Below are positions 27,438 through 36,064 of a stretch of DNA of 64,000 nucleotides, in pieces (the stretch's first letter is position 1; each line of letters begins with the position of its first letter). A model generated the notes under the pieces. The model was given only the letters and a program-made list of their open reading frames with translations. It was not told where the DNA came from and made no database searches. Origin of the DNA: Clostridiales bacterium (GTDB lineage Bacteria > Bacillota > Clostridia > Oscillospirales > Oscillospiraceae); assembly GCA_018374635.1 (NCBI GenBank), contig JAHAEW010000004.1, positions 11,007 to 75,006 on the forward strand. Direction: 5' to 3'. A program made the translations under genes and the position numbers.

Positions 27438-29573
27438 TCAGACCGGCTCCGCTTCTTTCGGAGAGACTGCCGCGATGCGCGGGAATTCCACCTTCACCGT
27501 AAAGAGATCGGCTTCCGTCCACAGCCGGAAGGTCCCCCCGCAGGCCTCGGTAAAACTCTTGGCGATGGCCAGGCCCAGGCCGCTTCCGCCGTCGCTGCGG
27601 CTCTCATCGCCCCGGACAAAGCGCTCGGTGAAGTCTTTCCCCCGGGGCAGCTCCTCCCGGGAGATGTTCTGGACGCACACCCGTCCCCTCTCCCCGTTGG
27701 TCTCCAGGGTGAGGTAGGCCCGGGAGCCCTCCAGACTGTACTGGAGCACATTCTGAATCAGGTTTTGAAAGACCCGGTAGAGCCGGTCGCCGTCCGCCCG
27801 GATGAGGACCGGCTCCGCCGGGAGCCGGGTACGCAGATCCAGACCGCTTGCGGCGATGGGCTCGGCCTGGTCGGCCAGGGTCTGCCGCAGCAGCTTGGCC
27901 AGGTCCAGCTCCTCCCAGTGGAGATTCAGATTTCCGGAGGCCGCCTTGCTCACGTCAAAGACCTCCTGTACCATGTTTTTCAGTCGCTGGGCCTTGTCGT
28001 TGAGGATGGTCACATAGTCCCGCACATGGTCGGGCAGTTCCTCCTCTTCCAGAAGGGCCGCATAGCTCAGGATAGAGGTCAGCGGGGTCTTGAGGTCGTG
28101 GGAGACGTTGGTAATGAGCTCCACCTTCATCCGCTCGCTGCGCAGCTGCTCCTCCACCGCCTGCTGAAGGCCGCTGTCGATGTCGGCCACCGCCCGGGAG
28201 AGCCCGGCAAGCGGGCGCTCCGCCGCCAGCATGGTCCCCTGCTGTTTCCTGCGCACCGCCTCGATCTGATCAGAGAGGGCCCCCAGGTCTTCGATCATCG
28301 CCCGCTCCTCCTTCCAGTGGAGAAAGACGATCCCCAGCAGCACCAGTCCTGCCAGCCCGATCAGGAATGGGACCCACACCCCGATCGATCCGCTGTGCCA
28401 GGCCGACAGGAACAACTCCAGGTCAAAGGCCGCGGCCCCCAGGGCCAAAATCACCACGGCCATCAGGTGGACCACTCCGCCCCGCATGGCCCGGCGCTGG
28501 AGGGGCAGGTCCAACCCATCTCCCCGCAGCTTTCCCGCCAGCCAGCCGCAGAAGCTCACCCGGCACAGGCGGCCCCGGTTGCAGAGGAAGTCGTTGAGGT
28601 AAAACACCAGAACCCAGCACAGGCCGATGGCAAAGACCAAGAAAATAGGATCAGCAATATAGGACAGGGACACCATCAGCGGTCCCACCAGGAGCGCCAG
28701 GAGGAGCAGCTTGATCTCCAGCCAGATCTTCCCCGTGAGGCGTCCGGCCGCCCGGAAGGTCAGAGCCATCCAGCGCCGCCACAGGAGGCTCCACACCACC
28801 AGCGCCACACCCAGCAGGAAGTAGCCTGCCACGACACATACCGCAAGGCGCATGGTGTACAGGGTATCGGCTACATCATAGAGCCCCATGGAGTGGTAAA
28901 AATACACCGGTGTCTGGGCGGCAGTCAGACGGATGGTCACACCTTCCCACGGCTCCCCGGTGTCAGCGTCAGGCTCCTCCCCGCCAGTCTCCCCAGGGAC
29001 CGCTGTCGCCATTGGTGTGGCCGCCCCAGTGATACCGGAGAAATCAAAGCCCCAGCCGCTGTCCGTCCAGCCTCCGCCCACGAAAAGCTCGGTGTCCAGA
29101 TTGCGGTAGCCGGGCAGCTCCCACTGCTCCCACTGGTCCCGGTAGACCTCGTCTCCATAGACATCCACCTCGGCGCCGTCCTTCCAGATCTGCACCTTGC
29201 CGTCCTGGTACTCCAGGTAGAAATTATAGCCCGGTTCCTGATGTCCCGTCAGATTTCCCGTGATGCCGTTGAGGTTGCCGGCCAACAGCTTCTCATCCTG
29301 CCAAATCCCCCAGCGGAGGTTCTCATCCTGGAAGCAGGATGTCTCTTCCCCGGTCAGCACAAACTCCAGCATGGCACGCAGGTCATAGCTGATCTCCCTG
29401 CGGAAGCGCCGGGTATCCTGATAGTCGCTGCGGAAGCTGTCCGCAACATCACCCAGTTCCAGACTACTGGCGCCCAACAGTCCGATACCTCCAAAAATGG
29501 CCATGAGCGTCAGTCCGATCAGGAGGAACAGCACACTCAAAATACCTTTACTTTTTTTCCATTTTGTATCCAA
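27438..29573 (-). CDS. Sensor histidine kinase (HisKA + HATPase_c) with about 230-aa extracytoplasmic domain and multi-pass membrane region
   Basis: 711 aa. The H-box is ELITNVSHDLKTPLTSI and the G-box is DGGSGLGLAIAK. One N-terminal TM precedes an acidic, Trp/Gly-rich extracellular region, followed by about 6 TM helices. Confidence 0.8.
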   Translation of the reverse strand: MDTKWKKSKGILSVLFLLIGLTLMAIFGGIGLLGASSLELGDVADSFRSDYQDTRRFRREISYDLRAMLEFVLTGEETSCFQDENLRWGIWQDEKLLAGNLNGITGNLTGHQEPGYNFYLEYQDGKVQIWKDGAEVDVYGDEVYRDQWEQWELPGYRNLDTELFVGGGWTDSGWGFDFSGITGAATPMATAVPGETGGEEPDADTGEPWEGVTIRLTAAQTPVYFYHSMGLYDVADTLYTMRLAVCVVAGYFLLGVALVVWSLLWRRWMALTFRAAGRLTGKIWLEIKLLLLALLVGPLMVSLSYIADPIFLVFAIGLCWVLVFYLNDFLCNRGRLCRVSFCGWLAGKLRGDGLDLPLQRRAMRGGVVHLMAVVILALGAAAFDLELFLSAWHSGSIGVWVPFLIGLAGLVLLGIVFLHWKEERAMIEDLGALSDQIEAVRRKQQGTMLAAERPLAGLSRAVADIDSGLQQAVEEQLRSERMKVELITNVSHDLKTPLTSILSYAALLEEEELPDHVRDYVTILNDKAQRLKNMVQEVFDVSKAASGNLNLHWEELDLAKLLRQTLADQAEPIAASGLDLRTRLPAEPVLIRADGDRLYRVFQNLIQNVLQYSLEGSRAYLTLETNGERGRVCVQNISREELPRGKDFTERFVRGDESRSDGGSGLGLAIAKSFTEACGGTFRLWTEADLFTVKVEFPRIAAVSPKEAEPV

Positions 29574-30249
29574 TGCCCCACACCACCTTTAAATACTCCG
29601 GTTCCTTTGGATTGAGTTCGATCTTCTCCCGGATGTGCCGGATATGGACCATGACCGTGTTTTCCGAGGCATAGGCCTCCTCCCCGTCCCACACCCGGCG
29701 GTAGATCTCCTCAGCCGGAAAGATCCGTCCCAGATTGCGCATCAACAGATCCACGATGCGGGTCTCAGTAGCGGTGAGTCGGACCGGTTCTCCATCCACC
29801 CGAAGCTCCAGCGCCTCCGGCAAATAGGTGAGACGGCCGTTGACAATCTCTCCGCTCCGCTCTTCCGCATGGACATCCCCCAGCCGGGTATACCGCCGCA
29901 GCTGACTGCGGACCCGGGCCAGCAGCTCCTGGGGATTGTAGGGCTTGGACACATAGTCGTCGGCCCCCATGGAGAGTCCCAGGATCTTGTCGCTGTCCTC
30001 GCTCTTGGCGGAGAGCACGATGATGGGCAGGTTCCGTTTCTCCCGGATCTTCATCAGGGCGGAGAGCCCGTCCAGCCTGGGCATCATCACGTCCAGCAGG
30101 ATGAGCTGTACCGAGCGCTCACAGGCCAGCTCCAGCGCCTCCAGGCCGTTGTAGGCCCGCAGCACCCGGTATCCCTCCTTCTCCAGCAGCAGGGCAATGG
30201 CCTGGACAATCTCCCGGTCGTCATCCACTACCAGTACACACGCTTCCAT
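29548..30249 (-). CDS. OmpR-family response regulator (REC + winged-helix)
   Basis: VLVVDDDREIVQAIALLLEKEGY...LDVMMP...WGIGYKM. Its stop overlaps the HK start by 26 bp. Confidence 0.85.
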   Translation of the reverse strand: MEACVLVVDDDREIVQAIALLLEKEGYRVLRAYNGLEALELACERSVQLILLDVMMPRLDGLSALMKIREKRNLPIIVLSAKSEDSDKILGLSMGADDYVSKPYNPQELLARVRSQLRRYTRLGDVHAEERSGEIVNGRLTYLPEALELRVDGEPVRLTATETRIVDLLMRNLGRIFPAEEIYRRVWDGEEAYASENTVMVHIRHIREKIELNPKEPEYLKVVWGIGYKMEKK

Positions 30250-30410
30250 TTAGACATCTCCTCCACCGTTTGAACTTCCCCGATCGGTCCCGATCTCCTT
30301 CCGGCAAGGATAGGATAACAGGCGCTTCTTATGGTTTTCCAGGGGCATTTCTTAGCAATTTCTTAACGCTATCCCATCATAGCATTTGATCCGTCCGCCG
30401 TCAAAGGGCA

Positions 30411-30448
30411 TAAAAAAACGTGCGTGCCCCGATTGGGACACGCACGTT
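30411..30448 (-). terminator. Intrinsic terminator after rplL
   Basis: Minus-strand AACGUGCGUGUCCC-AAUC-GGGGCACGCACGUU followed by UUUUUUUAU. Confidence 0.75.
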
Positions 30449-30469
30449 GCAGTACAGCAAGAGAAACTC

Positions 30470-30850
30470 TTACTTCAGCTCGACCTTGGCGCCGGCCTCC
30501 TCGAGCTTCTTCTTCATCTCCTCGGCCTCGTCCTTGGAGACGCCCTCCTTCAGAGCCTTGGGAGCGCCCTCGACCAGGCCCTTGGCGTCAGCCAGGCCCA
30601 GGCCGGTGATCTCGCGGACAACCTTGATGACCTTGATCTTAGCAGCAGCGTCGAAGCCGGCCAGAACCACGTCGAACTCGGTCTTCTCAGCAGCAGCCTC
30701 GCCGCCGGCAGCGCCGCCAGCAGCGGGAGCGGCCATAGCAGCAGCGGAAACGCCGAACTCCTCCTCCAGAGCGTGCACCAGCTCGGACAGCTCCAGAACA
30801 GTCAGGCCCTTAACCTCTTCAATCAAAGCAGTGATCTTCTCGCTAGCCAT
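30470..30850 (-). CDS. rplL: 50S ribosomal protein L7/L12
   Basis: [25 protein letters not shown]...[19 protein letters not shown]. Confidence 0.95.
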   Translation of the reverse strand: MASEKITALIEEVKGLTVLELSELVHALEEEFGVSAAAMAAPAAGGAAGGEAAAEKTEFDVVLAGFDAAAKIKVIKVVREITGLGLADAKGLVEGAPKALKEGVSKDEAEEMKKKLEEAGAKVELK

Positions 30851-30957
30851 GATAAGATACCTCCTAAATTCAATCATTTAAAAAATAAGTTTGAGTCTCC
30901 CCAGTGCGGGGATGCGGGGAACAGAACCGCTGTCAGGCGGGTACCGATGTACCAGCC

Positions 30958-31503
30958 TTACTCGGCAGCGGGAGCCTCCTCGGCGGGAGCAGCCTCGACG
31001 AAGCCGCCCTTCTCCTCGGCGATCGCCTTGAGGACGATGGCCAGGCTGGTGATGGGAGCCAGCATGGTGCCCAGAACCTGAGCCTGCAGGACTTCCTTGG
31101 AAGGCAGGTCGGACAGAGCCTTGATCTCATCCAGAGACAGCACCTTGCCGTCCATGAAACCGGCCTTGATGGTGAACTTCTCGCCGTTGAACTGCTTGGC
31201 GAACTTCGCGATCACACGCATGGGAGCGATGGGATCACCATGGCTCAGGGCCAGAGAAGTGGTACCATTCAGAACGGAATCCATCTCCTCCAGACCCACG
31301 TTGTTGATGGCGAAACGAACCAGGGTGTTCTTCACAACAGCGTAGTCCAGCTCGTTCTTGCGGCACTCGGCACGCAGGGCGGTATCCTCGGCAACGGTGA
31401 TACCCTTATAGTCCACCAGAACACCGCTGGCAGCGTTCTTCAGCTTCTCAGTCAGGTCGGCGACAATGGCCTGCTTCTCACTCAGAACCTTTGCGTTAGG
31501 CAT
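30958..31503 (-). CDS. rplJ: 50S ribosomal protein L10
   Basis: 181 aa, L10 family, in the conserved position upstream of rplL. RBS GGAGGTG. Confidence 0.9.
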   Translation of the reverse strand: MPNAKVLSEKQAIVADLTEKLKNAASGVLVDYKGITVAEDTALRAECRKNELDYAVVKNTLVRFAINNVGLEEMDSVLNGTTSLALSHGDPIAPMRVIAKFAKQFNGEKFTIKAGFMDGKVLSLDEIKALSDLPSKEVLQAQVLGTMLAPITSLAIVLKAIAEEKGGFVEAAPAEEAPAAE

Positions 31504-31620
31504 GTGGGATTCACCTCCATGAAATAAAAAATGCTATTCTCATGCTCAAAGCACGAAAACAGCACAAAGAAAGCTTCTTCACTTGCTGCATTCTCGGCGG
31601 GGCTTATGGCCGCCCGCTGT
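31504..31620 (-). promoter_or_regulatory. rplJ 5' leader (probable L10-leader autoregulatory element)
   Basis: About 115-nt untranslated leader between the consensus promoter and the rplJ RBS, ending in a U-rich run (UUUUUUAUUU) immediately before GGAGGUG. I could not verify the structure by eye. Confidence 0.35.
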
Positions 31621-31637
31621 CTTTGAACACGGGAATT

Positions 31638-31681
31638 ATTATATCACCCCGGACAGGCTATGTCAAGCATAACCTGTCCGG
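31638..31681 (-). promoter_or_regulatory. Consensus sigma-70 promoter for rplJL (TTGACA-17-TATAAT), its -35 embedded in a 9-bp inverted repeat
   Basis: Minus-strand CCGGACAGG-ttatgc-TTGACA-tag-CCTGTCCGG-ggtga-TATAAT. Confidence 0.6.
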
Positions 31682-31909
31682 AAATGATCTTTTTTGTGGG
31701 GCTGCGCCGGATGGCTCATCTCCCCGGCTTGTCACGCTACGGCTTGCGCACGATCTGGGCGCGGCCTTCGCGCTTCTTGGGCACGCTCCGCACCCTCCGC
31801 TACGGCACACTGCGCCCCGCTCCGCCGGAAATGCCGCTTCCCCTACGGGGTCGCCTGTTTCCCGGTCTGCGCGGTTCACTGTGTGCCTGCTCCGGGCGCT
31901 TCGCGCTTC

Positions 31910-32602
31910 TTACACCAGCTTGGCGCCGTTGATCTTCACGCCGGGGCCCATGGTGGTGGCGGTGACACAGCTCTTGATATACTGACCCTTGGCGGCAGCG
32001 GGCTTGGCCTTGATGATGGCGCCCATGAGAGCGGTGAAGTTCTCGGTCAGCTTCTCAGCGCCGAAGGACACCTTGCCGATGGGGCAGTGGATGATGTTGG
32101 TCTTGTCCAGACGATACTCGACCTTACCGGCCTTGATCTCCTTGACAGCCTTGGCCACGTCGGGGGTGACGGTGCCGGCCTTGGGGGAGGGCATCAGGCC
32201 CTTGGGGCCCAGGACCTTACCGAGGCGGCCCACCACGCCCATCATGTCGGGAGAGGCGACGACCACATCGTAGTCGAACCAGTTCTCGGACTGGATCTTC
32301 TGCACCAGATCCATCTCGCCGACGAAATCAGCGCCGGCCTCCTTGGCGGCCTCAGCCTTGTCGCCCTTGGCGAAGACCAGCACGCGCTGGGTCTTGCCGG
32401 TGCCGTGGGGCAGGACGATGGCGCCGCGGACCTGCTGGTCCGCATGGCGGGAGTCAACGCCCAGCTTGACGTGCAGCTCGACGGTCTCGTCGAACTTGGC
32501 GGTGGCGGTCTTCACGACCAGGTCCATAGCCTCAGCGGCATCATAGAGAGTGCCCTTCTCGATCTTCTTGGCGCTCTCGACGTACTTCTTACCTCTAAAC
32601 AT
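31910..32602 (-). CDS. rplA: 50S ribosomal protein L1
   Basis: [25 protein letters not shown]... RBS GGAGGGAG. Start at the internal ATG at 32602. Confidence 0.9.
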   Translation of the reverse strand: MFRGKKYVESAKKIEKGTLYDAAEAMDLVVKTATAKFDETVELHVKLGVDSRHADQQVRGAIVLPHGTGKTQRVLVFAKGDKAEAAKEAGADFVGEMDLVQKIQSENWFDYDVVVASPDMMGVVGRLGKVLGPKGLMPSPKAGTVTPDVAKAVKEIKAGKVEYRLDKTNIIHCPIGKVSFGAEKLTENFTALMGAIIKAKPAAAKGQYIKSCVTATTMGPGVKINGAKLV

Positions 32603-32621
32603 TGCTTCTCCCTCCTTCGCC

Positions 32622-33047
32622 TTAGTCGCCCACGACAACGCCCATGGAGCGGGCGGTGCCGGCGATCATGCTCATGGCGGACTCGATGCTGGCCGCATTC
32701 AGGTCAGGCATCTTGGTCTCCGCGATCTTGCGGACGTCCTCCTTGCTGATGGTGGCAACCTTGGTCTTGTTGGGCACGCCGGAACCAGACTCGATGTTGC
32801 AGGCCTTCTTGATGAGCACGGCGGCGGGAGGAGTCTTGGTAATAAAGGTAAAGGAGCGGTCGGCATACACGGTGATGACGACGGGGATGATCATGCCCAC
32901 GTCATTCTTGGTGCGCTCGTTGAACTCCTTGGTGAAAGCGGCGATATTCACGCCATGCTGGCCGAGGGCGGGGCCCACAGGGGGGGCGGGAGTCGCCTTG
33001 CCGGCAGGAATCTGCAGTTTGACGTAACCAGTAACTTTCTGTGCCAT
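32622..33047 (-). CDS. rplK: 50S ribosomal protein L11
   Basis: [35 protein letters not shown]... Confidence 0.95.
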   Translation of the reverse strand: MAQKVTGYVKLQIPAGKATPAPPVGPALGQHGVNIAAFTKEFNERTKNDVGMIIPVVITVYADRSFTFITKTPPAAVLIKKACNIESGSGVPNKTKVATISKEDVRKIAETKMPDLNAASIESAMSMIAGTARSMGVVVGD

Positions 33048-33135
33048 TTGAAACAGCACCTCCTACTTAAATGTGGTTGAGACGGAATTGATGCAATTCC
33101 TCCCACGTGCGGGGGATACGGGGTCTTTCACCCGT

Positions 33136-33660
33136 TTAGTCGTCGATCCGCTCCACCTGGTCAAGCTCCAGCTCGACAGGGGTCTCACGGCCGAACATCT
33201 CGACCACGACGCGCACCTTGCTGCGCTCCAGGTCGATCTCTTCCACGGCGCCCAGGAAGGACTCCAGCGCGCCTTCGGTGATCTTGACACGGTCGCCCAC
33301 TTCGTAGCCGACCACGACTTCCTTCTTCTCCACACCCATGGAGGCAACCTCCTCCTCGGTGAGGGGAATGGGCTTGCTGCCCGAACCCACAAACCCGGTC
33401 ACGCCGCGCACATTGCGCACCAGGTGCCAAGTCTCGTCGGTCATGACCATCTTCACCAGCACATAGCCGGGGAAGACCTTGCGGTCCACGGTTTTGGGTC
33501 CGTTTTCGGTGATCTCGGTAACCGTCTCCATGGGGATGTTTACCTCATGGATGAGATCGCGCATCCCGCGGTTTTCCACTGCCTTCTCAATGGAAGCAGC
33601 TACGGTGTTCTCGTAACCAGAATAGGTGTGCGCGACATACCACTTCGCATTATCTGCCAT
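33136..33660 (-). CDS. nusG: Transcription termination/antitermination factor NusG
   Basis: KWYVAHTYSGYENTV... NGN domain plus C-terminal KOW (GDRVKITEGALESFLGAVEEID). Confidence 0.9.
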   Translation of the reverse strand: MADNAKWYVAHTYSGYENTVAASIEKAVENRGMRDLIHEVNIPMETVTEITENGPKTVDRKVFPGYVLVKMVMTDETWHLVRNVRGVTGFVGSGSKPIPLTEEEVASMGVEKKEVVVGYEVGDRVKITEGALESFLGAVEEIDLERSKVRVVVEMFGRETPVELELDQVERIDD

Positions 33661-33672
33661 ACTCGCCGCTCC

Positions 33673-33963
33673 TTAACCCTTGAACAGGTTCATGAGCGCG
33701 GCGAAGACGGACTGCGCCAGCCAGTCAAATGCCCAGATGCAGATGCCAACGACGATACAGCACACGATGACGACGACGGTGTTATTGATCGTCTGCTTTT
33801 TCGTGGGCCACTGGACCTTCTTGAGTTCGACCTTCATCTCGCGGAACCACTTGCCGATGCGGGCAAAAAAGCCGGGCTTGGACTTCTTGGCGTCCTTTTT
33901 GGGCTTGTCCGCCTTGGCGGCAGCGGCCTGCTCGTTCTTCTCGTAATCAGGCATTCCGTACAC
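33673..33963 (-). CDS. secE: Preprotein translocase subunit SecE
   Basis: Small basic N-terminus plus a single C-terminal TM (TINNTVVVIVCCIVVGICIWAFD). Located between rpmG and nusG. The exact start is uncertain. Confidence 0.8.
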   Translation of the reverse strand: MYGMPDYEKNEQAAAAKADKPKKDAKKSKPGFFARIGKWFREMKVELKKVQWPTKKQTINNTVVVIVCCIVVGICIWAFDWLAQSVFAALMNLFKG

Positions 33964-33993
33964 CCTTCTTTCTTAATGAGAGATATATTCTCA

Positions 33994-34158
33994 TTACTTG
34001 GTCTCGTTGTGAACCGTATGCTTTCTGCAGAAGGGGCAGTACTTGTTCAGCTCCAGACGGTCGGGAGTGTTCTTCTTATTCTTGTTGGTGTTGTAGTTTC
34101 TCTGCTTGCACTCGGAGCAGCGGAGGGTGATCTTCACCCGGGAACCTGCCTTTGCCAT
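33994..34158 (-). CDS. rpmG: 50S ribosomal protein L33
   Basis: [54 protein letters not shown], with a CxxC...CxxC zinc ribbon. RBS GGAGGTG. Confidence 0.9.
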   Translation of the reverse strand: MAKAGSRVKITLRCSECKQRNYNTNKNKKNTPDRLELNKYCPFCRKHTVHNETK

Positions 34159-34427
34159 GTGTTCGGCACCTCCTTCAATAGTTGAGCGGTATGCCGGCAT
34201 AAAAAAACGCCGGATACAGCCCTTGGCCGAATCCAGCGACGTGGGCGCACTGCGCCTGTCGTCACGGTGCGGACTCGGCATGTCTGCCTCCCTATGTCCT
34301 CGCCCGGAGGGGAGGGTTTCATGCCCGTCACACCGTAAAAACGCGCACAAAAGAAAAGCCCTCTTTCATAGGTGTTTCCAGAATAGCACACCCTCCAATG
34401 AAAGTCAAGCTTCTTTTGAAATAAAAA

Positions 34428-34456
34428 TTGACTTTTCCCTTCTCTGCCCGGATAAT
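34428..34456 (+). promoter_or_regulatory. Sigma-70-type promoter for ruvX (TTGACT-17-GATAAT)
   Basis: ttgact tttcccttctctgcccg gataat, 30 nt upstream of AAGGAGG and the ATG. Confidence 0.55.
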
Positions 34457-34485
34457 AGAACCAGACACGAAGGAGGAATGAAACC

Positions 34486-34905
34486 ATGCGCATTATGGCC
34501 ATCGACTACGGCGACGCCCGCACCGGGATCGCCATATCGGACGCCACCGGCCTTTTAGCCGGCTTTACCACCGTCATCCACAGCCGGAAGAGCGAGGTGG
34601 TCGCGGAGGAGATCGAAAAGCTGACCGCCGCCCACGGGGTGGAGGAGCTGGTCATGGGCTTCCCCCGCAATATGGATGGCACGGAGGGGCCCCGGGCCGA
34701 GCTCTACCGGGCCTTCGCCGGACAGCTGGAGGCGCGCACCGGCCTCACTCCAGTGCTCTGGGACGAGCGGCGCACCACCGTGGAGGCCCACAGCATCCTC
34801 CACGCCAGCGGCAAGAAGATGAAGCAGCACAAAAAGACGGTGGACGCCGTGGCTGCGACCCTGATCCTGGAGGGCTACCTCACCCTCCGCCGGAACCGGT
34901 CCTGA
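34486..34905 (+). CDS. ruvX: Putative pre-16S rRNA nuclease / Holliday junction resolvase-like YqgF
   Basis: MRIMAIDYGDARTGIAISD is the RuvC-like fold N-terminal motif. 139 aa. Confidence 0.85.
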   Translation: MRIMAIDYGDARTGIAISDATGLLAGFTTVIHSRKSEVVAEEIEKLTAAHGVEELVMGFPRNMDGTEGPRAELYRAFAGQLEARTGLTPVLWDERRTTVEAHSILHASGKKMKQHKKTVDAVAATLILEGYLTLRRNRS

Positions 34906-34963
34906 ACCCGTCTCCTCCGGCGTGCATCCCCGCACATCATGTTTTGGAAAGGAGTCTTTTCTC

Positions 34964-35269
34964 ATGCACATCGTGCTCAATGTCACCTACACCCTCCGCC
35001 CCGGCGCCCAGGAGGCCTTCCTGGCCGCCCTTCAGCAGAACCAGCTTCTGGAACAGGTCCGCGGAGAGGCGGGCTGCCTCCAGTATGAGCTCTTTGCTGC
35101 CGTGGAGTCTCCCGACCGGCTGGTGCTGCTGGAGCACTGGGACAGCCAGGCCCATCTGGACGCCCACATGGCCGGCGCTCCCTTCCAGGCCATCCACCGG
35201 GTGGAGCAGGCCCATTTGGCACAGGTGGACGTCCGGCGCTTTGACGTGCGCGCCGGAGAGAACGGCTAA
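34964..35269 (+). CDS. Antibiotic biosynthesis monooxygenase (ABM) domain protein
   Basis: About 100-aa ferredoxin-like fold (LEHWDSQAHLDAHMAGAPFQA). RBS GGAAAGGAG. Confidence 0.55.
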   Translation: MHIVLNVTYTLRPGAQEAFLAALQQNQLLEQVRGEAGCLQYELFAAVESPDRLVLLEHWDSQAHLDAHMAGAPFQAIHRVEQAHLAQVDVRRFDVRAGENG

Positions 35270-35629
35270 CGCGGCCGGGCGAAAAGCTCCCGCACACCCA
35301 CCACCAGCAGGAATCCCCCAAAACACCGGTGGAGCAGCTCCACCTCCAGCCCCGTGGCCACCCAGGCCGCCAGCGCGGTGCCCGCCAGTCCGGCCAGGAT
35401 GGCGGGCGCCGCTGTTTTCTTGTCTACATACCCGTTGCGCACATGGGAGAAGAGCGCCGTGGCCGCTGTGGGCAGGAAATAGAGCAGATTGATCCCCTGG
35501 GCCAGGTGCTGCGGGATACCGGCCACCGCGGTGAGATAGAGGAGCAGAAGGGTCCCCCCGCCCACGCCGAAGCCCGAGAGAATGCCGGTCAGCCCGCCCA
35601 CCAGCACCGCGCCCCACCAGGCTACCATC
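35266..35629 (-). CDS. TauE/SafE (DUF81) family membrane protein, C-terminal half-size unit
   Basis: MVAWWGAVLVGGLTGILSGFGVGGGTLLL... is the 4-TM DUF81 repeat. Its start ATG is embedded in an ATGGTAG overlap with the upstream half. Confidence 0.6.
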
Positions 35630-36002
35630 CCAGCAGCGCCTTCCCTCCGCCATAGAGAAGAAACGCTCCAAAAATCCGGCGCAGCCACAGGATATTGACC
35701 CCCCGAAAGAGCTTTCCACCCAGAAATCCCCCCGCCAGTCCCCCCACCAGATAGGGCAGCGCCAGGGACAGGTCCAATCCGCCCCGGAACCAGTAGATCC
35801 CGGCCGAGAGCATGCAAAGCGGCAGGATCACCGCCACCGATGTGGCAAACGCCCGGCGGGGCTCCAGCCCGCAGCGGCCCATGAGCATAGGCACCAGGAT
35901 CATGCCCCCTCCCCCGCCGAAAAATCCGTTTGCCAGTCCCGCCAGTCCGCCCGCGGTCAGAGCCGCAAGGGGCAAGCGCTGCTTTTTTTCGTTGCGATCC
36001 AT
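35623..36002 (-). CDS. TauE/SafE (DUF81) family membrane protein, N-terminal half-size unit
   Basis: MDRNEKKQRLPLAALTAGGLAGLANGFFGGGGGMILVPMLM... is the DUF81 repeat. RBS GGAGGGA lies in the upstream hairpin. Confidence 0.6.
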
Positions 36003-36052
36003 AAAACATCCCTCCATTGGTCTCAGTCTGCCAATGGAGGGATGTTTTTATT
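36001..36052. terminator. Perfect 17-bp inverted repeat hairpin (terminator of tcdA, bidirectional-looking) overlapping the TauE RBS and start
   Basis: aaacatccctccattgg-tctcagtctg-ccaatggagggatgttt with T-runs on both sides. Confidence 0.55.
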
Positions 36053-36064
36053 CCAGATTCCGCT

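Noticed and set aside
31542-32749. Several + strand ORFs (147, 90 and 351 aa) across the rplA-rplJ spacer and antisense to rplA
   Set aside because: They are low-complexity translations of GC-rich repeat sequence and of the rplA antisense strand. The region is regulatory (promoter plus leader).
34159-34485. Possible tRNA or sRNA in the 327-bp gap between rpmG and ruvX
   Set aside because: I found no T-loop (GGTTCGAATCC-like) or cloverleaf-compatible segment. The gap is better explained by divergent promoters: ruvX TTGACT-17-GATAAT, and the rpmG operon promoter on the other strand. The 122-aa ORF at 34134-34502 is likely spurious.
35620-35635. Frameshifted pseudogene call for the TauE/SafE gene
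   Set aside because: The junction is a clean ATGGTAG start/stop overlap preceded by sequence that reads as a full repeat unit. Split DUF81 pairs exist. Without read-level data I call two CDS and flag the alternative in findings.
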